Below are positions 19,235 to 28,500 of a stretch of 64,000 bases of DNA, piece after piece. Both the position numbers and the translations under genes were made by a program. The stretch is from positions 143,091-207,090 of the forward strand of contig CALXZG010000001.1 of assembly GCA_944393195.1 (NCBI GenBank), in the 5' to 3' direction. The notes under the pieces are model-generated. The model was not told where the DNA came from. It searched no databases and saw only the letters and a program-made list of their open reading frames with translations. The DNA comes from an uncultured Alphaproteobacteria bacterium (lineage in GTDB: Bacteria > Pseudomonadota > Alphaproteobacteria > CAAHEQ01 > UBA3637). Each line of letters begins with the position of its first letter. Position 1 is the first letter of the stretch.

Positions 19235-19843
19235 ATGTCTATTTTATCTGAAAAATGTCGATATTATGCACAAAAATTACATGCCGGAGTTGTTTATGAA
19301 AACGGCTCGGATACAGCGGAACAGGTCAAAGGAATAGCCTCTTTGGTTAGTATCTATTCACGGTTGTTCGGGTATAAAAAGGAAGTCGTGATTTCCGCCG
19401 CATACCTGTCAAAATGTTTGGATGCCAAACGAATTAGGGAAGGTGTTTCTCCCTTAACGATAGCGCAGGTTGAAAAAATCGGTGGCCCGGATATTTGTCG
19501 GATTGTGACGGAATTAAGCACGGAACAGGAAACAACAGGATTGTCTGAAACCGAAAAATGGCAGGAAAAAGCCGCTTGGGCCAAAAGGTTATCCCAAGAT
19601 GCTCAGGAAATTTTATTGGCAGAACATGCCTTGAATTTTCAAATTGCCCATGATCGGCCGGATTCACAAAAAACATTGCAAAGCCAAAAAGAATACTTTG
19701 AAACACGTATGCTTGTGGTAAATGAAATTGCTTCCGCTAATCAGGGGTTATCTCATTTGGCTACCGTCATGAGTCGTGAAGCGTTGATTAAAATCAACGG
19801 AGCGCTGGCACAACAACGCCATGCGGATCGCGACGGGCGATAA
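19235..19843 (+). CDS. Hypothetical protein
   Basis: ATG 19235 (MSILSEKCRYYAQKLHAG) follows an AAGGA RBS and lies downstream of the promoter at 19161. No confident domain assignment from sequence alone. Confidence 0.5.
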   Translation: MSILSEKCRYYAQKLHAGVVYENGSDTAEQVKGIASLVSIYSRLFGYKKEVVISAAYLSKCLDAKRIREGVSPLTIAQVEKIGGPDICRIVTELSTEQETTGLSETEKWQEKAAWAKRLSQDAQEILLAEHALNFQIAHDRPDSQKTLQSQKEYFETRMLVVNEIASANQGLSHLATVMSREALIKINGALAQQRHADRDGR

Positions 19844-19863
19844 TTGGGTATTACCTAAAATAA

Positions 19864-19891
19864 CAGAGGCTCTTCAGAGCCTCTTTTCTTA
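19864..19891. terminator. Bidirectional rho-independent terminator
   Basis: AGAGGCTCTTCAGAGCCTCT hairpin with flanking T/A runs, between convergent genes. Confidence 0.6.
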
Positions 19892-20314
19892 TTCCATTTC
19901 CTCCCGTAAGATAACTCCCTCGTTTATTGCGGCTACGGCTCTTTGTATAAAAATAGGAACATTGTCAGGCAACTTGTCCCAATCCGCTACAATAATATCG
20001 CCACATTTTTCCGGTTCGCAATTGCAAACGGTTCCCTGCCACCGATGGCATTCAAAATAAAACTGTAAATACTCTTCGCCGGCATCATGATGTAATATCA
20101 ATCGCAGATTTAAATCAGCCGGTTTGATATCAATTCCGACCTCTTCACGCGCTTCACGAATCATACCGTCTTTTAACGTTTCATTCCCGTCTAAATGACC
20201 GGCGATAAAACAATATTGTCCGGCAAAAGAAGCATTTTTACGTAATTGTAAATAGACCTGCTTCCCCTGTCGCAGAATTAAAAACAGCCCGACGGGCACT
20301 TTAAACCGTTCCAT
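19889..20314 (-). CDS. NUDIX hydrolase
   Basis: Nudix box GHLDGNETLKDGMIREAREEVGI. Confidence 0.85.
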   Translation of the reverse strand: MERFKVPVGLFLILRQGKQVYLQLRKNASFAGQYCFIAGHLDGNETLKDGMIREAREEVGIDIKPADLNLRLILHHDAGEEYLQFYFECHRWQGTVCNCEPEKCGDIIVADWDKLPDNVPIFIQRAVAAINEGVILREEME

Positions 20315-20381
20315 TTTGTCTCCTTATTTTTTTGCAAAGTGTACCTGATCTACCCCTAAAATGCAAGATATAAAAAAATAG

Positions 20382-20410
20382 CTTGCATTTTTCCGGAAAA
20401 TAGCATATAC
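20382..20410 (+). promoter_or_regulatory. Putative tRNA promoter
   Basis: TTGCAT, 17-nt spacer, TATACA, ending ~13 nt before the tRNA 5' end. A 10-bp inverted repeat AAAATGCAAG/CTTGCATTTT (20357-20390) overlaps the -35 element. Confidence 0.4.
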
Positions 20411-20423
20411 AAGTAACAGTTCG

Positions 20424-20500
20424 CGGAATGTAGCGCAGCCTGGTAGCGCACTTGTCTGGGGGGCAAGTGGCCGCGGGTTCAAATCCCGCCATTCCGACCA
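20424..20500 (+). tRNA. tRNA-Pro (anticodon GGG)
   Basis: Hand-folded cloverleaf: acceptor stem CGGAATG/CATTCCG, T-arm GGGTTCAAATCCC, anticodon stem CTTGT/GCAAG (one G-U pair) with loop CTGGGGG (anticodon GGG, G37), encoded CCA at the 3' end. Confidence 0.8.
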
Positions 20501-20536
20501 ATATCAAAAAGCGGAAGTTTATACTTTCGCTTTTTT
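20496..20536 (+). repeat. Left copy of a 41-bp direct repeat (att-like), starting in the last 5 nt of tRNA-Pro
   Basis: GACCAATATCAAAAAGCGGAAGTTTATACTTTCGCTTTTTT. Repeated at 24136-24177 with one substitution and one extra T. Contains a terminator-like hairpin. Confidence 0.8.
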
Positions 20537-20790
20537 ATGAGGTGATTGCCCGATAACCTATCGGTTCGAGATTAAAGCCCCTCTCTCAACCACAAAAGGG
20601 CATCTTCTTGTCTGAAAAGCAAATTAACCTCTTCTGTAGAAAGTTTTGTCTCAAGAGTTTGGGATTTGACAAACAATACCTATCATCAGCTATTAAAGCT
20701 TCTTATACGGGTTGATCTATCCTACAAACAAAAAAACAAATGCCTGCTCGGAAAAAACAGCATTTATAGCTTATGTATCTCATTTTTATC

Positions 20791-20819
20791 TTGCTTGTCC
20801 GCATATGACATGATACAAT
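20791..20819 (+). promoter_or_regulatory. Putative sigma-70 promoter of the islet gene
   Basis: TTGCTT, 17-nt spacer, TACAAT (20814-20819), ~50 nt upstream of the GTG start. Confidence 0.45.
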
Positions 20820-20867
20820 AGTCAGTTATATAGCATATATTTGATAATAGAGAAGGAGCAGTTATTC

Positions 20868-23800
20868 GTGCACAATAGATATTCAAACGGTCATGAGAGT
20901 GGACGTGCCGCATTGGAAATGATTCTAGTCTTATGTATTATGGGGATTTTGAGTATAGCCATTGTTGTGGGTGCCCATTACGCTATCATTCGAGCGCAGG
21001 TTGTTGAAACAGAGAATCTGATTTCCAAGTCTGTTGCCGGTGTTCGGACAAGCCATTATTTGGAAAATCTATCTCATCAATATGAAGCAGAAAATGAGGA
21101 TTTATTTGCCTTGGCTGAAAAAATTGAAACATCCTTTTATATCAGCGATATTGCTTTATCCCAACCCGGTGATAAGGAATATGATTTGTATGGTGGAGAA
21201 AACTTTAAAGGGCCGGCCGGAACGGTGATTTCTGCTAATGTTTTAGTAAATGGATTAGGTCTTATTATCAACCTAAACCAAATATCAACAGAAATTTGCG
21301 AAGCCATATTAGAACATAAATTAGGCTATGAGGCGGCTTTTCGTTTAAATGATTTATATTCACAGGGCGGATATTTAAGTATCAGTGATAATAGCATCTT
21401 CCACGCACAAGACAGTGTGATTGGCTCAACCGGCGCTGAGGTGCGCACAAGATTGTGCGCTCCGGATATAAAAGATGCTTATGGATTAGAGAACGTTGCA
21501 CATATCGGATTATTATTCAGTGCTTCTCCTGATAGGAATATCTCATTTGACTGTGAAGGGGCTTGTTCTTCATGTACACAGTGTATTCTAGATATGTGTC
21601 TACCAATCAAGAAAGACATTTGCGGAGAGCTGGCCTATTATGACTACCAAAGCTGCTCTTGTCGATGCTATGCCAATACCAGTGGGGATCCTCACACAAA
21701 GTGTGAATGTCCATCCGGCACATTTTTTGACACAGATAAAAAGAAATGCGTCTTATGCCAAACGGATCAGGATTGTTATCAACAAAACCCCTATAAACCT
21801 TTTTGTGAAGAGGATGGCATGGCTTGTTGGGGATGTTCAGATTACGCCAAAACAGACGATAGCTATAAAAACTCGGTTTTTGTGTTGCCAAGCAACAGTC
21901 CTGGCACCCAAGAGCCTCAGAACTTTGATCCAAGCAGTACCTGCTTAACCTGTGCGGCGCAAGGTCTTCACGAAAAGTGGGTAGATAATAATTTGCTGTG
22001 TGTGGAGTGTAATACGGATGATGATTGTCACCACCAGGAAACTTTGCGTATCTGTGATCAAGAGACCAACACATGCGTCTGCCCCGGCATGATGACATGG
22101 AACGATAAGTCCGGACGATGTGAGTGTATTGTAGATGTATCGGGAGATCATTTTGACAACCAAAACTGTGTCTGTGCGACAGGGTATGAAACCGTGATAA
22201 CAACCAATGCGGAGAATCAAGAGGACATATCCTGTTTCTCACCTTGTGTTGGACTGGGAATGACAGGCGTTCGTGAAAATGGCGTGTGTTTATGTGATAC
22301 CAGTAAGGGATATTTAAGATTGGCCATCTCGACCGACGATAATGGACAACCCATTACTCCCTATTGTCCCTGTGACACTGATCAGGGATATTTTCAAGAT
22401 GCCAATGGTGGGTGTGTCAAATGTCATCCTATATCCGATGAACAAAAGAAGGCCTTTGAAGATGGTTCTATTGATCCCCATACATATGTGGATACATGGA
22501 ACTGTGGCCGTTCGTATCTAGGGTTTGTACGCTGGTTTAATCCGGACTATACACAAGATGCGCGTCTGACTAACGGTGAAAAATATTGTCCTGACGGATG
22601 GGTATTGAAACGAGAGCATGATGTCACCAAAGAGCTCAAAATCGATGATAGAACCTATCAGGTCATTGATGTAGACAAGTCCAGCGGTTTATTTAAATGT
22701 ACCCCATGTCGGGATCTAACGGATCCCAATGGAAAACCTGCCATAGCGGAGGGAACGGGTTGGGGATATTGTGGATGCGGTCGCTATACGATCCCAATAT
22801 ACTATACAGCTGAGAATGCTCTGAACAATAAGCGGGGCTCAGGAGGCACTTGTCAAAGTTCTTGCTATGACACCTATAAAGCATGGTATCAAAACGAAAC
22901 GAGTGAGGATGCCACTGCCAGAAAGGGATATCATCTAGATTCTTTTGATGCAAGAAATTCCTCTTTTGGAACAGGAAGTGAGGCCGAAGGATGTGGATGG
23001 AATTGGAACTATAATTTTATCAGCGATCAACCGGGACAACGATTTGAAGATATCGCTATTCCCCAGGGAAAAGATGAGTGGAAAAAGGTCAACATTGCTC
23101 GCACAGATTGTGGGATAAACGGAGAACGCCCTCTTTGGGATAAAAACGGGCGTAGAAACTTTTCTTATGAGCGCTGGTATAGAAACACTCCTCAGAAGTG
23201 TCATCCGGGCAACCATTACTATTATCAAACGATGAGCGGTGATTGTTCCTATGAAAAAGGATGCACCACGACGTATCTCTCTTTGGCGGCTTGCGGCGCT
23301 AATGTTCAGATAAAAGATTGCACCTGCGAAGGGAGTTATGTTGCTCGGGGGGCGAATAAGGACATTTGCTGTCATAAAAATCAATACCTGAAGGGTAGCC
23401 AATGTGTTTATTGTCCGACGGGACAAATTCCCAATATGGATGGCACGGCTTGTATCGTATGTAAAGCCGGAGAATATGTCGAAAATGGAGCATGCTTGGC
23501 ATGTCCAGCCGGTTCCGAGCCTAATACCGACAAAACCGGTTGCATTGCTTGTCGAGAAGGATATGCGGTCCAAAACGGAACATGTCAAAAATGCCCCAGC
23601 GGATATATTCCCAATACAAATAAAACAGCATGTGAAGCCTGTAAAAACGGCATGATTGTCATATCCGAGTATCAGAATGGTCTATTAACCAAGACCTATT
23701 GTGATTGCCCCAAGACTCAGTTCGAGGTTAAAGACAACGTCACGGGAGAGACCTACTGTCGAACCTCAGAGGAGGATAAATGCTATAATGGTGTCTGCTG

Positions 23801-23966
23801 CTCATCAGGTAAATACCCGGTCTGTACAGATGAACATTGTACCAATACCAGATGTTGTCCGGATGGTTATACTCTGTTTGGAAGTGACACCTGCATTATC
23901 TGTCCGGAGGGAACAAAAACAATAGAGTCAACACCTAATTCAGGCCGATATGCTTGTGGGGCTTAA
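20868..23966 (+). CDS. Large pilin-like (class III signal peptide) Cys-rich secreted/surface protein with eukaryote-like furin-like CxxC repeat array
   Basis: GTG 20868 lies 9 nt after a strong AGAAGGAG RBS; the ORF-track TTG at 20841 overlaps the RBS. N-terminus VHNRYSNGHESG|RAALEMILVLCIMGILSIAIV: Gly, Glu at +5, Gly-Ile-Leu at +14 to +16 match the type IV pilin helix. The remaining ~980 aa carry more than 100 Cys. The C-terminal third holds 6 consecutive ~19-aa units CxxCPxGxxPNxxxTxC (about 23363-23660), which is furin-like/GFR Cys-rich character. Confidence 0.75.
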   Translation: MHNRYSNGHESGRAALEMILVLCIMGILSIAIVVGAHYAIIRAQVVETENLISKSVAGVRTSHYLENLSHQYEAENEDLFALAEKIETSFYISDIALSQPGDKEYDLYGGENFKGPAGTVISANVLVNGLGLIINLNQISTEICEAILEHKLGYEAAFRLNDLYSQGGYLSISDNSIFHAQDSVIGSTGAEVRTRLCAPDIKDAYGLENVAHIGLLFSASPDRNISFDCEGACSSCTQCILDMCLPIKKDICGELAYYDYQSCSCRCYANTSGDPHTKCECPSGTFFDTDKKKCVLCQTDQDCYQQNPYKPFCEEDGMACWGCSDYAKTDDSYKNSVFVLPSNSPGTQEPQNFDPSSTCLTCAAQGLHEKWVDNNLLCVECNTDDDCHHQETLRICDQETNTCVCPGMMTWNDKSGRCECIVDVSGDHFDNQNCVCATGYETVITTNAENQEDISCFSPCVGLGMTGVRENGVCLCDTSKGYLRLAISTDDNGQPITPYCPCDTDQGYFQDANGGCVKCHPISDEQKKAFEDGSIDPHTYVDTWNCGRSYLGFVRWFNPDYTQDARLTNGEKYCPDGWVLKREHDVTKELKIDDRTYQVIDVDKSSGLFKCTPCRDLTDPNGKPAIAEGTGWGYCGCGRYTIPIYYTAENALNNKRGSGGTCQSSCYDTYKAWYQNETSEDATARKGYHLDSFDARNSSFGTGSEAEGCGWNWNYNFISDQPGQRFEDIAIPQGKDEWKKVNIARTDCGINGERPLWDKNGRRNFSYERWYRNTPQKCHPGNHYYYQTMSGDCSYEKGCTTTYLSLAACGANVQIKDCTCEGSYVARGANKDICCHKNQYLKGSQCVYCPTGQIPNMDGTACIVCKAGEYVENGACLACPAGSEPNTDKTGCIACREGYAVQNGTCQKCPSGYIPNTNKTACEACKNGMIVISEYQNGLLTKTYCDCPKTQFEVKDNVTGETYCRTSEEDKCYNGVCCSSGKYPVCTDEHCTNTRCCPDGYTLFGSDTCIICPEGTKTIESTPNSGRYACGA

Positions 23967-23991
23967 ACCATATGGTAAACTGATGATAATC

Positions 23992-24018
23992 GAGCGGGGT
24001 CTTCCCGCTCTGTTTCGT
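23992..24018 (+). terminator. Putative terminator of the islet gene
   Basis: GAGCGGG-gtctt-CCCGCTC hairpin followed by TGTTTCGT. Confidence 0.4.
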
Positions 24019-24135
24019 ATCTGGGAACGCTTGTCCATACTAAAGTATGTCTTGCCAACAAAGTACGTGGCTTGAGCAATCCTTGTCAACAGGCTGAATG
24101 ATAAACACGACACTGAATCTTAGACTTATCAAGCT

Positions 24136-24177
24136 GACCAATATAAAAAAGCGGAAGTTTATACTTTCGCTTTTTTT
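24136..24177 (+). repeat. Right copy of the 41/42-bp direct repeat
   Basis: GACCAATATAAAAAAGCGGAAGTTTATACTTTCGCTTTTTTT. Confidence 0.8.
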
Positions 24178-24417
24178 GTTGTCTTACCCATTTAGATTTC
24201 CTTTCTTTTGATTAACGAAATTCAGTATACAGCAATCATATGCAAAATCAATCTTTTTTATGAATCCATATGAAAAAAGATATTTCCCGGTTATTGGTAC
24301 TAATAATCCCGTTATTCCGGACGAAAGCATGCCTGTCTTTTCACCGCTAATCGATTGACAAGTTTCCTTTTTCCGCTTATCTGAACCCTGGATGACGGGA
24401 ATCCGAAAGGGGGAAAC

Positions 24418-25542
24418 ATGAATAAAGAACGGGTTCTGCTATGGCTGATTATTTTGATCTTGGGCGGTTTGCTGGCTGTTATGATATGGGATAATCAACG
24501 CCATCCGCCTGTGATGCCAATCCCGAAAAACACGAACCAACCTCTGTCGGTTCCCACGCAAACACGTCGGCCGGAATCCGTTGCATTGACCGAAACGTAT
24601 CTGGGGAGTGTGCAAGCCATTCACGCTGTTCCCGTTCAACCCTACCTGTCCGGGTTTATTGAAAAAATACAGGTCAAAGGTGGACAATTTGTCAAAGCCG
24701 GTGATTTGCTGTTCGTTTTGCAACAAGAAACGTATCAGGCCGCCCGGGATCAGGCTTTGGCGCAAGCGGCTCAGGCCGAAGCCAATCTGGCCAATGCAAA
24801 GGCTTACCTGGAACGAATTCGAAACACAGCCTCCAAAGCCGTTTCTAAAACCGAATTGGATAATGCAACGGCCTCTTTTTTATCTGCGCAAGCAAATGTA
24901 AAAGCTGCCCAAGCCGCCGTTAAAACTGCCGAAGTTAATTACGGATATACCGAAATCAAAGCCCCGATTGACGGTGTTGTCGGTAACGTCAATGTTACGG
25001 TCGGCGACTATGTTTCGCCGACTTCCCGACCCTTGGTGACAATTGTGCAATATGACCCGATACGGGTCGTTTTTTCGATTCCGTATCAAAAATATGCCAC
25101 CCTTATCGGATCGGTTTTTGATGGTTGGCAGATGCATTTAAAATTATCTGACGGCAAGGTGTATCCCGAAACGGGTGAAATGCGTTTTACGGATAATCAG
25201 GTTAATGCCCAAACGGCTTCGGTTCGATTGTATGCGGATTTTAAAAATGCCGATAACATACTCTTGCCAAATGCGTTTGTAACAGTCTTGATGACGAAAC
25301 GGGTTCAAGGAATCCTGATCAACAAAGGATGGATCAGCCTGACACCGGACGGTGATTTTATATATATTTTAAAGGATGGTCGTATTCAAAAACAACCGGT
25401 GATATTGGGACCGGCCGTCGGTGATTCTTTTGTGATAACACAAAACCTGCCGGATAAGTATGTTGTTATTACGGGGCAAGTGCACCCCTCCCAAATCGGA
25501 CATCCCGCCGTATCCGTTCCAACCGATACAAAGGGGGAATAA
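24418..25542 (+). CDS. RND efflux periplasmic adaptor (membrane fusion protein)
   Basis: N-terminal TM, then lipoyl/beta-barrel adaptor architecture. Immediately upstream of the RND pump with ATGA-type coupling. Confidence 0.85.
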   Translation: MNKERVLLWLIILILGGLLAVMIWDNQRHPPVMPIPKNTNQPLSVPTQTRRPESVALTETYLGSVQAIHAVPVQPYLSGFIEKIQVKGGQFVKAGDLLFVLQQETYQAARDQALAQAAQAEANLANAKAYLERIRNTASKAVSKTELDNATASFLSAQANVKAAQAAVKTAEVNYGYTEIKAPIDGVVGNVNVTVGDYVSPTSRPLVTIVQYDPIRVVFSIPYQKYATLIGSVFDGWQMHLKLSDGKVYPETGEMRFTDNQVNAQTASVRLYADFKNADNILLPNAFVTVLMTKRVQGILINKGWISLTPDGDFIYILKDGRIQKQPVILGPAVGDSFVITQNLPDKYVVITGQVHPSQIGHPAVSVPTDTKGE

Positions 25543-28500
25543 ATGGATATATCGCGCTTTTTTATCGAAAAGCCTCGTTTTTCCGGTGTTATTGCCGTCG
25601 TAATGGTCTTAATCGGGTTGATTGCCATCGTTGTTTTGCCTGTGTCGCAATACCCCCAAATTACACCGCCTCAGATTGTTGTGACGGCCACTTATCCCGG
25701 TGCCGGTGCAACGGTTTTGACCGATACGGTGGCCGTGCCGATTGAAAATGCCCTAAACGGTATTGACGGCGTATTGTATATGTCCTCTACTTCCTCGGAC
25801 GATGGTACATATCAATTGACGATTACGTTTAATATCGGCGTTGATCCCGATATGGCTCAGGTTAAAGTTGAAAACAGATTACAACAGGTTAAATCCCTTC
25901 TGCCCGATATTGTGAATCAGGAAGGTTTGAATGTCAAAACACAATCCGCCAATATTTTGGGCTTTATGGTATTGGAATCTCCGGGACATACATTTACAGG
26001 CTTGGAACTCAGTAATTTTGCCTATACGACAATTCAAAATCCGTTGGGACGCGTGCCGGGTGTCGGCGATGTTACGGTGTATGGTCCCCAAAACAGTATG
26101 CGGATATGGTTGGATCCTTTGAAGTTAGCCGGCTTAAATTTGTCGGCCTCGGATGTTGTTCAGGCAATTGAAAGCCAAAATACCCAGGCTGCCTTGGGGA
26201 GTATCGGTTCGGCCCCTGTTTCCGGAAACAATAATTTAGTGTTGGGTTTGACAACCAAAGGACTCTTAACGTCCGTATCCGATTTTGAAAATATCACGAT
26301 AGCTTCCTCATCGGACGGCGGTCTTGTTCGTTTAAAAGATGTTGCCCGTATTGAAATCGGTGCCGATAATTATAATCTAAGCGCCGAATACAATAACGAA
26401 CCATCCGTGATTATTGCGCTCAGCCAAACACCGGGATCAAATGCGTTGACAACCATGAAATCATTACGTACAGAAATCGAAACTCTGCAACGTTCTTTCC
26501 CGGATGATATGATTTTGAAAATAGCCTATGATTCAACGGATTTTGTGCGTGCTTCCATTGAAGGTATTATTTCAACGTTGGTGATTACCTTCCTGCTTGT
26601 TATCGGGGTTGTGTATTTGTTTTTGCAAAATTTAAAAGCAACCGTTATTCCGATGTTGACCATACCGGTATCCTTAATCGCCACATTTATGGTCATTTAC
26701 GCCATCGGATTTGATATTAATATCCTGACCTTGTTTGCATTGATTTTAGCTATCGGCTTGGTTGTGGATGATGCCATTATTGTTGTCGAACGTGTTCAAT
26801 ATTTAATGCAATACCGCCATATGGATTCCGTTTCGGCCGCTGTTCAGGCTATGAAAGATATCGGTAGTTCCATTATTGCGACTACATTGGTTCTATTATC
26901 CATTTTTGTTCCAGTCGGTATGATGGCCGGTATTACCGGTGAAATTTATAAACAATTCGCTATTACAATCGCTACCGCCGTTTTGTTTTCGGCCGTTAAC
27001 GCCCTGACGTTGAGTCCGGCCTTATGCGCTATCTTTTTAAGGCAAAAAGAAAATATTAAAAACAAAAATAAAAATAAAAACTTATTTTGTTATTTTAATG
27101 TATTACTTGATAAATTGCAAAACGCTTATTTACAGGTGGTGGGATGGCTTACGGCCCACTTGGGCGTAATGGTTTTATTGGTTGGTGCGGTGATTGGAAG
27201 TGTGATTCTGTTGTTCCTACGGACACCACAATCTTTTATTCCGGAGGAGGATCAAGGGGTTATTTTTGCCAGTATTCAATTACCCGATACAGCCGGCATT
27301 GATCAGACCGAGGCCGTTTTACGTGCATTGGGAACCCCGATTTTACAGGAAAAAGGTGTTGCCTATTTCATGGGTATTTCGGGGGCCAGTCTTTTGGGTG
27401 GTTCGGGTGAAAATATCGGTATGGCCGTCGTCGGCCTGAAACCATGGGATGAACGTGCCGGAAAAGAAATGACCAGTATGGCCATTGAATCTCGATTACG
27501 GACAAAATATGGCAATAATCCGAATGCCGATGTAAATTTCTTTGCTTTACCGGCCATTCCCGGTGTGGGAAACAGCGACGGTTTGTCTTTTCAACTCAAC
27601 GCTGTTACGGCAACGGCAACAACGGATGATTTGGCCAAGGCATTGGATCATATTCTGATGACCCTTAACCAAAACAAAAAAGAATTTTCCTATGCGTTCA
27701 GTACCTTTATTCCCGGTACACCCCACTTATACCTGGATATTGATCGGGATAAACTGGCGGCTTATGATATTCCGGTCGGTACGTTCTTCGAAACACTCCA
27801 AAACAATATCGGTTCCCGATACGTGAATAACATTACCTTGATGGGACAAATCAACCAAGTCGTGATTCAGGCGGATTTTCCCAGTCGTGCCGATATTGAA
27901 GATGTCCTGAATCTCTATGTACCGGCACGAAACGGTGCATTGGTGCAAGTACGCAACTTTGCGTCTGTCAGAACGGTTTTGATGCCGTCCGCCATTAACC
28001 GCTACAATCAATATTTAACGGCGGCCGTTACGGCGGCAACGGCTTCGGGTGTTAGTACGGGAACGGCCATAGCCACGGTTGATAAAACGGCAGCTTCTCT
28101 GGGAAAAGCATTCAATATCGCCTGGACGGGATTAAGCCTGCAAGAAGTTGAAACGGCCGGATTGGCTCTGATTTTAATTGCATTGGCTGTTGTGTTTAGT
28201 TATTTGTTTCTGGTAGCTCTTTATGAAAGTTGGTTGATAGCTTTGGCCGTTATTTTTACAAACGTGTTTGCCGTCTTGGGGGCTTTAATGGGATTAACAT
28301 GGATGGGACTTCCGCTCAGCATTTACGCCCAGTTGGGAATCGTTCTCCTCATCGGGTTGGCCAGTAAGAACGCTATTTTAATTGTTCAATTCACATTGTC
28401 TTACCACCGCCAAGGCATGCCGATTTTACAAGCCGCCGTTAAAGGTGCCGGAGAGCGTTTCCGAGCCGTTGTCATGACCGCCTTGACTTTTATTTTAGGT

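Noticed and set aside
20301-20507. 68-aa minus-strand ORF overlapping tRNA-Pro
   Set aside because: It lies antisense across a well-folded tRNA and its promoter. Chance ORF.
20537-24135. Integrase, transposase or IS element on the islet
   Set aside because: No ORF with recombinase motifs in any frame. The only sizeable ORFs on other frames (21607-22242, 22935-23588 minus) are antisense shadows of the Cys-rich gene.
24182-24417. Possible operator or direct repeat (CCGGTTATT / CCCGTTATT) upstream of the RND operon
   Set aside because: Only a short imperfect 9-mer pair, and no adjacent TetR-type regulator gene. Insufficient to call a regulatory site.
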